Positions 18,644 to 26,634 of a stretch of 32,786 nucleotides of DNA are shown here, piece after piece. The stretch lies in assembly GCA_017935525.1 (NCBI GenBank), contig JAGBHJ010000009.1, positions 1-32,786 on the forward strand, in the 5' to 3' direction. The position numbers and the translations under genes were made by a program. The notes under the pieces are model-generated. The model ran no database searches. It was not told the origin of the DNA and saw nothing but the letters and a program-made list of their open reading frames with translations. How positions within the stretch are numbered: the first letter of the stretch is position 1; each line of letters opens with the position of its first letter. The stretch is from Clostridia bacterium (GTDB taxonomy: Bacteria; Bacillota; Clostridia; HGM11327).

Positions 18644-19693
18644 ATGTTAGTTAATTATATCAAGAGTCAGCTCAAGCGCCGCTGGATACCAATGGCGGTG
18701 GTAAGCGTATTGGGCGTGGTGATTTTGATTGCAATGGGCGACAGACCCAGCGACTACGAGGTCAACGAAATGCATCTGTCGTTTGCTCCGTATTTTTCCA
18801 CGGTGCTGACGGTGATGGTTATGTGGGCTATGCTGGTGCCTATAATGCAGTTTGCGGATTATATGAGCAAGCGCAACGTGGATACTGTGTTTGCGTTGCC
18901 TGTCAAGAGGACCTCTCTGATGACGGCGGAGCTTATATGCTCGGCGGTGCAGGTGCTGGTGCCCTATACGGTGATGTTTCTGTTCTGGTTCTTATACAGA
19001 ATAGCTGGTAAGGCGTGCTTTGACCCGTCATGGGTGCCTGTAATGTACCTTTGGGGTATATGGGTGCTGCTGGTGCAGATGCTTTTGGCGGCATTCTGGA
19101 CAATGAACGCCAATACCCTTTGGGATGCGGTGATATTCGTGCTGCTGGGCGTTTTCCTGCCGGAGGTAGTGTGGGGGTCACTGGAATCCATGGGTATGAG
19201 CTTTGCGAACATGGGTGACAATGATTTCTTGTCATTCTACAACAGTGTTTTCCGCATAACTGACAATCTTGAACGGTTTATGAAATTGAGCTACATGAGT
19301 GTCGAGGATGCTTGGATACATGAACATGGTCTGGCTTATATTACCTCTAAGGGAATTGCTTTTGCGCTGACAATATGGTCCGCCGTTGGGGTTGCAGCGG
19401 TGTACGGCATCAGAAAGGCGTTTGCTACACGCAGAGCAGAGGATATTGAAGGTACTTCGGAGAGCCTTTTCGGCTACAAGCTTATATTGCCCATATACAG
19501 CGTTGGCGGTATGCTCTTTGCGACGGATATGTTTGCATCCGAAATGCTGTACATAATAGGTCTTGCCATAATACTGACGGGCTTTGCAATATACCGCAGA
19601 GGCTTCAGACTCAAGCGCTGGGATATAGTGTTTATTGCGGCTATGGCGGTAATGGCGTACAGCGGGCTGTTTGCGGCGATGATAGAAAGATAA
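18644..19693 (+). CDS. Polytopic membrane protein, putative ABC permease component (paralog 2)
   Basis: Shares collinear blocks with 17510-18613: DTLYSMPISRKSLMTA vs DTVFALPVKRTSLMTA, FGYKLMMPLYSV vs FGYKLILPIYSV, and YRRGFKFKK vs YRRGFRLKR. Confidence 0.75.
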   Translation: MLVNYIKSQLKRRWIPMAVVSVLGVVILIAMGDRPSDYEVNEMHLSFAPYFSTVLTVMVMWAMLVPIMQFADYMSKRNVDTVFALPVKRTSLMTAELICSAVQVLVPYTVMFLFWFLYRIAGKACFDPSWVPVMYLWGIWVLLVQMLLAAFWTMNANTLWDAVIFVLLGVFLPEVVWGSLESMGMSFANMGDNDFLSFYNSVFRITDNLERFMKLSYMSVEDAWIHEHGLAYITSKGIAFALTIWSAVGVAAVYGIRKAFATRRAEDIEGTSESLFGYKLILPIYSVGGMLFATDMFASEMLYIIGLAIILTGFAIYRRGFRLKRWDIVFIAAMAVMAYSGLFAAMIER

Positions 19694-19725
19694 CAAGAAA
19701 CAACATAAAGGCGTGTGTGCGAAAA

Positions 19726-19760
19726 GGGGCGGACTGACGGTGTCCGCCCCGTGATATTTT
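19726..19760 (+). terminator. Intrinsic terminator
   Basis: GGGGCGGAC pairs with GTCCGCCCC (9 bp, 7-nt loop), followed by GTGATATTTT. Confidence 0.75.
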
Positions 19761-19803
19761 AAAAAATTATGCGGGAAAAAAGAGAAAATTTGTTCCGCGG
19801 GGG

Positions 19804-19832
19804 TTGAAATTTCCGCGGTTTGATGTTACAAT
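19804..19832 (+). promoter_or_regulatory. Putative sigma-A promoter of the mntR-like operon
   Basis: TTGAAA, 17 nt, TACAAT with an upstream TG. The -35 element is flanked by the direct repeat TTCCGCGG (19793-19800 and 19811-19818). Confidence 0.55.
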
Positions 19833-19865
19833 AACGTAAGACCGATATTTTAAGGAGTGAAAGTG

Positions 19866-20234
19866 ATGAAAATACACGAATCGGCGGAAAACTACCTGGA
19901 AACCATACTGATACTGGAAAAGCGCATAGGCATGGTGCGCTCCATAGACATTGCAACGGAGCTGGATTACACCAAGCCCAGCGTAAGCGTTGCCATGAAG
20001 CACCTGCGCACGGACGGATATATAGAGGTTGACAAGGGCGGCTACATCACCCTGCTGGATAAGGGCAGGCAGATAGCGGAAAAAATGTACGAAAGGCATA
20101 CCCTCATCACCAACTGGCTTAAGGCAATAGGTGTAAGCGACGGTGTGGCGGCGGAGGATGCCTGCAAAATAGAGCACGTAATAAGTGAGGAGAGCTTTGA
20201 GGCCATCAAAAGGGTCATCAGCTCCGACAATTGA
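19866..20234 (+). CDS. DtxR/MntR-family metal-dependent transcriptional regulator
   Basis: ATG at 19866 lies 8 nt after AAGGAG, so the ORF-track GTG at 19857 was trimmed. The protein starts MKIHESAENYLETILILEK... and has an HTH plus a dimerisation/metal domain. 122 aa, no SH3-like tail. Confidence 0.85.
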   Translation: MKIHESAENYLETILILEKRIGMVRSIDIATELDYTKPSVSVAMKHLRTDGYIEVDKGGYITLLDKGRQIAEKMYERHTLITNWLKAIGVSDGVAAEDACKIEHVISEESFEAIKRVISSDN

Positions 20235-20254
20235 TATAAAAGGAGAAGTACATT

Positions 20255-21118
20255 ATGGAATTAAGTATAAGCTCATACAGCTACAGCAGGGCGTATTCTG
20301 ACACGTTTACCTTGGAGGATGCCATCAGGCACGCAAAGAAGACGGGCTTTGACGGAATGGAGTTTTTGGACGGACTTTCCTACAAAAATTACTCCGCTTT
20401 GGACGCAATGCGCTACTACGGCGACCTTGCAAGGGAGAACGGACTTAAGGTGTATAACGTTGACAGCGGCATAAACCTTTTGGCGGAGGACTTCAGAGAG
20501 CAGATACAGAGAGGTAAGGATCTTATCGACCGCACAGAGGCCATTGGTGCCCCCTGTGTGCGCTGTGATACTCTTGGCGGAGGATTTGGCACGGCTGCAA
20601 ACGGAGGCATCAGACAGGCAATAAAGACCATTGCAGAGGGCATCGGCGAGGTGGCTGATTACGCCGCAGAAAAGGGCATAAACCTTCTGGTGGAAAATCA
20701 CGGCATCATCATGCAGGACAGCATTGTTGTGGAGGAGCTTATCAATACGGTGGCAAGACCCAACTACGGCGCGCTGGTGGATATCGGCAACTTCCTTTGC
20801 GCTGACGAAAATCCCGTTGAGGCTGTGGGCAGAATGGCAAGATACGTAAAGCACGTGCATCTTAAGGATTTCCACGTAAAGAGTGGCAACGAGGTATTTC
20901 TGGCAAGAAGGGGCTGGTTTGGCTCCAGAGGCGGCAATTACCTGAGGGGTGCAATATTGGGTCACGGCAACGTGCCCGTTTACCAGTGCCTCAGAGTGCT
21001 TAAGAACAACGGCTACAACGGTGCTATATCCCTTGAATTTGAGGGCGTTGAGGATTGCATCTACGCCATCGAGGCGTCCTTTGAGGCGATGAAGGCTGCG
21101 CAGAGCCTTTTGGGCTGA
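20255..21118 (+). CDS. Sugar phosphate isomerase/epimerase family protein (xylose-isomerase-like TIM barrel)
   Basis: 287-aa ORF with family-typical blocks (GFDGMEF, LLVENHG, VKHVHLKD, ISLEFEG). Confidence 0.8.
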   Translation: MELSISSYSYSRAYSDTFTLEDAIRHAKKTGFDGMEFLDGLSYKNYSALDAMRYYGDLARENGLKVYNVDSGINLLAEDFREQIQRGKDLIDRTEAIGAPCVRCDTLGGGFGTAANGGIRQAIKTIAEGIGEVADYAAEKGINLLVENHGIIMQDSIVVEELINTVARPNYGALVDIGNFLCADENPVEAVGRMARYVKHVHLKDFHVKSGNEVFLARRGWFGSRGGNYLRGAILGHGNVPVYQCLRVLKNNGYNGAISLEFEGVEDCIYAIEASFEAMKAAQSLLG

Positions 21119-21603
21119 TGCAAAGAATAGAGCTGATATGCTTTGGCAAGCTTCGTGAGTCCTTTTGGCGGGACGCTGTGGCGGAATACACAAAAAGGCT
21201 TTCCGCATACTGCAAGCTGACTGTGACGGAGCTGGCAGAGGAGCCCCTACCCATGAAGCCGTCCCAAAAGGAGATAGAAAAGGCTTTGGAGGCGGAGGCG
21301 GAAGCCGCCCTTAAGTACATCAACCGCGGCAAGAGCTACGTGTTTGCGCTGTGCGTGGAGGGCAAGCAGATGCCGTCGGAGGCGTTTGCCCAAAGGCTGG
21401 AGCAGATAGCCACCATGGGCGAGGGGGACGTGGTATTCCTGATAGGCTCGTCCTACGGGCTTTCCCCAAGGCTTAAGGCGCTGGCGGACGCACGGATATC
21501 CTTTTCCCAGATGACGTTTCCCCATCAGATGATGAGGGTGATACTGACGGAGCAGCTGTACAGGGCGTACACCATAATCGAGGGTAAGACGTATCATAAG
21601 TAA
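21118..21603 (+). CDS. rlmH: 23S rRNA (pseudouridine1915-N3)-methyltransferase RlmH
   Basis: 161-aa SPOUT-type protein. Start overlaps the previous stop (TGATG). The C-terminal block is SFSQMTFPHQMMRVILTEQLYRAY. Confidence 0.9.
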   Translation: MQRIELICFGKLRESFWRDAVAEYTKRLSAYCKLTVTELAEEPLPMKPSQKEIEKALEAEAEAALKYINRGKSYVFALCVEGKQMPSEAFAQRLEQIATMGEGDVVFLIGSSYGLSPRLKALADARISFSQMTFPHQMMRVILTEQLYRAYTIIEGKTYHK

Positions 21604-21610
21604 AATGGAC

Positions 21611-21649
21611 CCCCTCTACCCATATGCGGCGGAGGGGTATTTTTTTTTC
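21611..21649 (+). terminator. Intrinsic terminator after rlmH
   Basis: CCCCTC/GAGGGG stem with a 15-nt loop, followed by a run of 9 T. Confidence 0.6.
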
Positions 21650-21662
21650 AACAGGAGACAAT

Positions 21663-22520
21663 ATGAGCAAATTTATGGACAGAGCCGTAGAGGAGGCAAA
21701 AAAGCGGGGCGGTACGGTCTACGGCATATCCCAGATACATAATGGCATTGCGGAAAACGTGACCATCACCCCTGCAAACCCTTGCCAGGATACTTATTCC
21801 GTGGCAAAGGCGTTTACCGTGACGGCAATAGGTATGCTGTGGGACGACGGCGTGCTGGATACGGATGAGAGGATAGTTGACATCTTCCGCGACGAGCTTT
21901 GCGACGGCATGGACCCCAAATGGCAGGAGATGACGGTGCATCACGTGTTAAAGCACAGATGCGGCTTTCCGGGAGGATACGTTGACATTGACTGCATAGA
22001 CGTCAACACAATGGGGGAGGATCTGTTGCAGTATCTTTTTAAGACAAAGCTGCTTTATTCCCCGGGCGAGCAAAAGACGTACAGCGACGGCGCGTATTAC
22101 CTTTTGTCCAGAGTAGTGACGAAAAAGACGGGCTTTGGGCTGGATGAGTTTTTGTGGCGGAGACTGTTTTTCCCGCTGGGCTTCAGAGAGGCTGCGTGGA
22201 GCAAGTGCCCCATGGGCTACGCAATGGGCGCTACGGGACTTTATATCTACACAAGCGATATGGTAAAGCTGGGTCAGCTGTACCTTGACGGTGGCGTTTA
22301 CAACGGCAAGCGCATCATATCCGAGGAATGGGTGGATATAGTCAAGCAGAGAGAGTACGAGTTTGAGAGGACTCCCCACGGCGGCTACCGCAAGGGCGGC
22401 ATGCGCGGTCAGATGGTGATGTTCTACCCCGAGCAAAACAGGGCGGTGGCGTGGCACTCCCACGAGGGTGACGTTGCTGTGGACCGGTGGATAGAGGAGT
22501 ACGCACAGGAGGCGGAGTAA
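21663..22520 (+). CDS. Beta-lactamase-fold serine hydrolase
   Basis: ATG at 21663 follows AGGAGA, so the ORF-track start at 21624 was trimmed. SxxK motif in YSVAKAFT, and a later YSDG block. Confidence 0.75.
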   Translation: MSKFMDRAVEEAKKRGGTVYGISQIHNGIAENVTITPANPCQDTYSVAKAFTVTAIGMLWDDGVLDTDERIVDIFRDELCDGMDPKWQEMTVHHVLKHRCGFPGGYVDIDCIDVNTMGEDLLQYLFKTKLLYSPGEQKTYSDGAYYLLSRVVTKKTGFGLDEFLWRRLFFPLGFREAAWSKCPMGYAMGATGLYIYTSDMVKLGQLYLDGGVYNGKRIISEEWVDIVKQREYEFERTPHGGYRKGGMRGQMVMFYPEQNRAVAWHSHEGDVAVDRWIEEYAQEAE

Positions 22521-22532
22521 CCCCTTGGGGTC

Positions 22533-22561
22533 TTGTAAAAAACGGGAAAATATGATACAAT
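22533..22561 (+). promoter_or_regulatory. Putative promoter of the TSCPD gene
   Basis: TTGTAA, 17 nt, TACAAT with a TGn extended -10 element. Confidence 0.45.
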
Positions 22562-22594
22562 AACAGCACATAATAATCTACGGAGGAAAGCATT

Positions 22595-22843
22595 ATGATA
22601 TACGAATATAAGACGAGGGGCACCTGCTCCAGAAAAATAATCCTCGATATTGAGGACGGCGTTATCAAGTCCGCGGTGTTTGAGGGCGGCTGCCACGGCA
22701 ACACTCAAGGTATTTCCAAGCTTGTTGAAGGCATGAGGGTGGACGACGTTATTGCCCGCTTGGAGGGCGTTGATTGCAGAGGCAGAGGCACTTCCTGCCC
22801 CGATCAGCTGGCAAAAGCGCTCAAGGAAGCGAAAAATTTATAA
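22595..22843 (+). CDS. Small stand-alone TSCPD-domain protein (4 Cys), function unknown
   Basis: 82-aa ORF with Cys in GTCS, GGCHG, VDCRG and a literal TSCPD motif. Resembles the TIGR03905-type family (from memory). Confidence 0.8.
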   Translation: MIYEYKTRGTCSRKIILDIEDGVIKSAVFEGGCHGNTQGISKLVEGMRVDDVIARLEGVDCRGRGTSCPDQLAKALKEAKNL

Positions 22844-22881
22844 AAAATTCGATTTTTTACGGAAATTTTCAAAAAAACCTC

Positions 22882-22910
22882 TTGACAAAAATCGATTTTT
22901 GTATTAAAAT
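22882..22910 (+). promoter_or_regulatory. Putative sigma-A promoter of rpmG-secE-nusG
   Basis: TTGACA, 17 nt, TAAAAT. The spacer contains the 16-nt palindrome CAAAAATCGATTTTTG. Confidence 0.55.
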
Positions 22911-22987
22911 AAATCAGCGTGATTGTTGACGGCGGAATGCTGTCGGCGGAGCGTACCAAAAAATGAATTTTATCATCAAGACTTTTT

Positions 22988-23022
22988 GGCCGGCCGCGTG
23001 TGCGGTTGCCTTTTTGTCGTTT
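22988..23022 (+). promoter_or_regulatory. Terminator-like hairpin in the rpmG leader (possible attenuator)
   Basis: GGCCGGCCGC-GTGT-GCGGTTGCC hairpin followed by TTTTTGTCGTTT. It ends 24 nt before the rpmG ATG. Confidence 0.45.
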
Positions 23023-23045
23023 GAGATTTGAAGGAGGTTGTCACA

Positions 23046-23195
23046 ATGAGAGATCAGATCGTTTTGGCATGCACAGAGTGCAAGCAGAGAAACTATACAA
23101 CAACAAAGAACAAGAAGACTCAGACAGGCAGAGTTGAGTTTTCTAAGTATTGCCGTTTTTGCAAGAAGCATACTGTTCACAAAGAGACAAAGTAA
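23046..23195 (+). CDS. rpmG: 50S ribosomal protein L33 (zinc-binding form)
   Basis: Not in the ORF track (49 codons). Hand translation gives [57 protein letters not shown] lies upstream. Confidence 0.93.
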   Translation: MRDQIVLACTECKQRNYTTTKNKKTQTGRVEFSKYCRFCKKHTVHKETK

Positions 23196-23211
23196 TCAGT
23201 GAGGAACTATC

Positions 23212-23493
23212 GTGGAAACAGAAAGATTACCTGATATCGACAGAAAGAATATCAGCAAGAAATCAAAGGCCAAGGATAACAAGAAGGCTGATGCAAAGAA
23301 GGACAAGGCAAAGAAGAGTCGCTCCAACTATGCTAAAGAGGTTGTTGCGGAGTTGAAGAAGGTATCCTGGCCCTCAAAGCAGGATGTCGTCAAGTCAACG
23401 GGTGTTGTTGTTGCCATCGTTCTTGCGCTGGGCTTGATCGTCGGCGCGTTTGACTATTTGTTCGGTGCATTGATCGGCCTTATCGTAGGCTGA
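23212..23493 (+). CDS. secE: Preprotein translocase subunit SecE
   Basis: GTG start; Lys-rich N-terminus; conserved AELKKVSWPS block and a single C-terminal TM segment. Confidence 0.9.
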   Translation: METERLPDIDRKNISKKSKAKDNKKADAKKDKAKKSRSNYAKEVVAELKKVSWPSKQDVVKSTGVVVAIVLALGLIVGAFDYLFGALIGLIVG

Positions 23494-23507
23494 CAAGGAG
23501 CGTACAA

Positions 23508-24080
23508 ATGGAAGAACAGAACAACACAATGCAGTCTGCGCAGTCCAATGCTCGCTTTACAGACAAGGCTATCCGTTGGTACGTGATCCACACATATTCC
23601 GGTTATGAGAACAAGGTAAAGACATCCATTGAGATGGCGGTGGAAAACCGTAACCTCCACGACAAGATCGTTGAGGTGCACATTCCCCTGGAGGATGCCA
23701 TTGAGATCGTAAACGGCAAGCAAAAGGAAGTAAAGAGGAAGACATTCCCCGGTTACGTTTTTGTTAAGATGGTTCACGATGACGAAACGTGGAACGTAGT
23801 GCGCTACATCAAGGGCGTTACGGGCTACGTAGGTGGAGATAACGAGCCTGTGCCGTTGTCCACAGAGGAGATCATCAAGCTGGGCATCGAAGAGGTGCAG
23901 ATCGATATTGACATTTCCGTAGGTGATAATGTCAAGATACTGGCTGGTCCCCTGGAGGGCTTTATCGGTACTGTGAGAGAGATCTCCCAGGACAAGCAGA
24001 AGATAAAGGCTGACGTACAGATGTTCGGAAGAACTATGCAGGTCGACCTGAAATCAAATCAGATTCATAAGGCGGATTGA
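23508..24080 (+). CDS. nusG: Transcription termination/antitermination factor NusG
   Basis: NGN domain (WYVIHTYSGYENKV, FPGYVFVKM) and a C-terminal KOW domain (GDNVKILAGPLEGFIGTV). Confidence 0.96.
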   Translation: MEEQNNTMQSAQSNARFTDKAIRWYVIHTYSGYENKVKTSIEMAVENRNLHDKIVEVHIPLEDAIEIVNGKQKEVKRKTFPGYVFVKMVHDDETWNVVRYIKGVTGYVGGDNEPVPLSTEEIIKLGIEEVQIDIDISVGDNVKILAGPLEGFIGTVREISQDKQKIKADVQMFGRTMQVDLKSNQIHKAD

Positions 24081-24159
24081 TAAGATCCGAATTTGAATAT
24101 CCGTATGTGTGTCGGAAACACACACAGCCCTGCAAGGCTGTAAAAAAGGAGGAAAACTT

Positions 24160-24585
24160 ATGGCAAAGAAGATCATCGCTAAGGTTAAGCTTCAATTGCC
24201 TGCCGGAAAAGCAATGCCCAGCCCGCCGGTTGGACCTGCACTCGGACCTCACGGTGTTAACGCTCCTGAGTTCTGTAAGCAGTTTAATGCTAAGACTCAG
24301 CCCCAGATGGGTTATGTGCTCCCTGTAATCATTACGATCTACCAGGACAGAACATATACATTCATCACAAAGACACCGCCGGCAGCAGATTTGCTTAAGA
24401 AGGCAGCCAACATCACAGCAGGCTCTGCAAAGCCCAACAGTGACAAGGTTGGTAAGGTAACAAAAGAGCAGATTCGTGAAATTGCTAAGATGAAGATGGA
24501 AGATCTCAACGCAGCAAGCGAAGAAGCAGCAATGAGCATGATTGCAGGTTCTGCAAGAAGCATGGGAATTACAGTTATCGACTGA
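24160..24585 (+). CDS. rplK: 50S ribosomal protein L11
   Basis: ATG at 24160 follows AAGGAGG, so the ORF-track start at 24109 was trimmed. The protein starts [29 protein letters not shown]. Confidence 0.96.
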   Translation: MAKKIIAKVKLQLPAGKAMPSPPVGPALGPHGVNAPEFCKQFNAKTQPQMGYVLPVIITIYQDRTYTFITKTPPAADLLKKAANITAGSAKPNSDKVGKVTKEQIREIAKMKMEDLNAASEEAAMSMIAGSARSMGITVID

Positions 24586-24671
24586 TTCTCAAAACAAAAA
24601 TTTTGACGTGCACCAATGATGCACAATGTGGGAGACGTGGACAACACGTTGCTTGACCACAAGGAGGTAAT

Positions 24672-25358
24672 ATGAAAGTAACAAAGAGATTTGGCGCCGC
24701 ACAGAAGCTCATCGACACAACAAAGAGCTACGGCGTTGAAGAAGCAATGGCGCTGGTAAAGCAGACAGCTACTGCCAAGTTCGATGAGACTATCGAAGTT
24801 TCCATCAGATTGGGCGTTGACCCCCGTCACGCTGACCAGATGGTTAGAGGCGTTGTAGTTCTCCCCAACGGCACAGGTAAGACTCAGAGAGTTCTTGTTT
24901 TTGCTAAGGGCGACAAGGCAACAGAGGCGCAGAATGCAGGTGCAGATTTTGTTGGCGGCGAGGAGCTGGTTGACAAGATCCTCAAGGAAAACTTCTTTGA
25001 TTTCGATGTTTGCGTAGCAACACCGGACATGATGAGATTCCTTGGTAGATTAGGTAAGGTTTTGGGACCTAAGGGCTTGATGCCTAACCCCAAGTCCGGT
25101 ACGGTTACAACAGAGATCGCTAACGCAGTTAGTGAGATCAAGGCCGGTAAGGTAGAGTACAGAGTTGACAAGACAGCTATCATCCACGTTCCCGTTGGTA
25201 AGGCTTCATTCGAGGCTGAAAAGTTGGTTGAGAACTTCAACACTCTGATCAATGCCGTTATTAAGGCTAAGCCGTCCTCTGCAAAGGGTACCTACATTAA
25301 GAGTGTTGTGCTCTCCAGCACAATGGGCCCCGGTATCAAGATGGTAACAACATTTTGA
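24672..25358 (+). CDS. rplA: 50S ribosomal protein L1
   Basis: 228-aa ORF, L1-like ([35 protein letters not shown]). Confidence 0.97.
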   Translation: MKVTKRFGAAQKLIDTTKSYGVEEAMALVKQTATAKFDETIEVSIRLGVDPRHADQMVRGVVVLPNGTGKTQRVLVFAKGDKATEAQNAGADFVGGEELVDKILKENFFDFDVCVATPDMMRFLGRLGKVLGPKGLMPNPKSGTVTTEIANAVSEIKAGKVEYRVDKTAIIHVPVGKASFEAEKLVENFNTLINAVIKAKPSSAKGTYIKSVVLSSTMGPGIKMVTTF

Positions 25359-25399
25359 TCCACGGTGTCAATATAATATAAAAATTTAATAAGAAAGCA

Positions 25400-25527
25400 G
25401 CTTACCAAAGACAGCAGGTTCGCGACGCTTGTCGCCGCGAGTAAATGGCATACGGCCTGCCGAGGTGTTGATATATACTTAATTGGATATACAGCCTCGT
25501 GCGTCTCGTTATGCGCGAGGTTTTTTT
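25400..25527 (+). promoter_or_regulatory. Ribosomal protein L10 leader (rplJL autoregulatory leader) with terminator
   Basis: CCAAAGACAGCAGG...CCTGCCGAGG resembles the Firmicute L10 leader as I recall it. It is followed by the terminator CCTCGTGC/GCGCGAGG plus T7 (25495-25527), about 40 nt before the rplJ GTG. Confidence 0.6.
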
Positions 25528-25566
25528 ATGGCAAGTTTGCTTTACGAAACCCTAATGGAGGTTATT

Positions 25567-26085
25567 GTGAGTAGTAATTTGGACGCAAAGAAGGTTGTGG
25601 TTGAAGAGATCGTTTCCAAGATGCGTGAAGCTAAGAGCGTTATCTTCTTTGACTACATCGGTATTAACGTTGAACAGGCAACTCAGATGAGAAAGGCTTT
25701 CCGTGAGAACGGTGTTGAGTGTAAGGTTTACAAGAACACTCTCATTAAGCTGGCTGCAAAAGAGTGCGGTTACGACGAGAAGGTAAACGACGTACTCAGC
25801 GGCTCCACAGCAATTGCATTCGGTATGAACGATCCGGTTGCACCTGCTAAAGTAGCAGCTAAGTGTGTTGAAGATTTTAAGAAGATGGAATTGAAGGCAG
25901 GCGTTGTAGACGGCGAGTACTACGACAAGGCAATGGTAGAGAAGCTTGCAACGATTCCTTCAAAGGAAGAACTTATTGCAAAGATGCTCGGCAGCATGAT
26001 GGCTCCTTTGTCAGGTATGGCAAGAGTATTGAATGCTATCGCAGAGAGCAAGGGTGGCGCAGCAACAGAAGCAGCTGCAGAATAA
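25567..26085 (+). CDS. rplJ: 50S ribosomal protein L10
   Basis: GTG at 25567 lies 6 nt after GGAGG, and the ORF-track start at 25483 lies inside the leader/terminator. L10-like sequence (KKVVVEEIVSKMREAKSVIFFDY). Confidence 0.93.
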   Translation: MSSNLDAKKVVVEEIVSKMREAKSVIFFDYIGINVEQATQMRKAFRENGVECKVYKNTLIKLAAKECGYDEKVNDVLSGSTAIAFGMNDPVAPAKVAAKCVEDFKKMELKAGVVDGEYYDKAMVEKLATIPSKEELIAKMLGSMMAPLSGMARVLNAIAESKGGAATEAAAE

Positions 26086-26114
26086 TATTATAAATAGAAA
26101 GTGAGATTGTAACA

Positions 26115-26480
26115 ATGGATAAGATGGAAATTTTGGAAGCTATTAAGAGCATGACAATTTTGGAATTGGCAGATTTGGTTAAGGCACTCGAGGACGAGTT
26201 CGGTGTAAGCGCAGCAGCTCCCGTAGCAGTTGCAGGTGGTGCAGCAGCAGCTCCCGCTGAGGAGGAGAAGACAGAGTTCACAGTAGTTCTTGCTGACGCA
26301 GGCGCTGAGAAGATCAAGGTTATCAAGGCAGTTCGTGACCTCACAGGTCTCGGCCTCAAGGAAGCTAAGGCTCTTGTTGACGGTGCTCCTTCCACAATCA
26401 AGGAAGACGTTCCGAAGGCTGACGCTGAGAACATGAAGAAGACACTCGAAGAAGTTGGCGCAAAGGTTGAGATCAAGTAA
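26115..26480 (+). CDS. rplL: 50S ribosomal protein L7/L12
   Basis: 121-aa ORF with an Ala-rich hinge and C-terminal [25 protein letters not shown]. Confidence 0.97.
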   Translation: MDKMEILEAIKSMTILELADLVKALEDEFGVSAAAPVAVAGGAAAAPAEEEKTEFTVVLADAGAEKIKVIKAVRDLTGLGLKEAKALVDGAPSTIKEDVPKADAENMKKTLEEVGAKVEIK

Positions 26481-26504
26481 TTTCAGATTGCATAGACTTT
26501 TTTG

Positions 26505-26537
26505 GACCTGTCCCTGTGGGCAGGTCTTCTTTTTTTA
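26505..26537 (+). terminator. Intrinsic terminator after rplL
   Basis: GACCTG(T)CCC-TGT-GGGCAGGTC followed by TTCTTTTTTT. Confidence 0.8.
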
Positions 26538-26576
26538 TATAAAAAGCGGCACGACCGGGACTTGAAGGACATAGAG

Positions 26577-26626
26577 CTTAAAAAACAACAGCGGAGAATG
26601 AACTTCATTCTCCGCTGGATTTTTTA
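26577..26626. terminator. Bidirectional terminator (serves thrC on the - strand)
   Basis: 13-bp perfect stem CAGCGGAGAATGA/TCATTCTCCGCTG with a 3-nt loop. It is flanked by an A-run upstream and a T-run downstream. Confidence 0.8.
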
Positions 26627-26634
26627 TCTGATGT

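Noticed and set aside
23150-23356. 68-aa ORF overlapping the rpmG 3' end and the secE 5' end.
   Set aside because: It is out of frame with two conserved genes. Its Arg-rich translation is a by-product of the Lys-rich secE N-terminus.
24109-24159. N-terminal extensions offered by the ORF track: rplK 24109, rplJ 25483, rpoA 12456, rpsK 11404, permease 17468, regulator 19857, hydrolase 21624, esterase 29477 and nucleotidase 30768.
   Set aside because: Internal starts have proper SD spacing and give canonical N-termini. Several of the extensions run through terminators, leaders or promoters.
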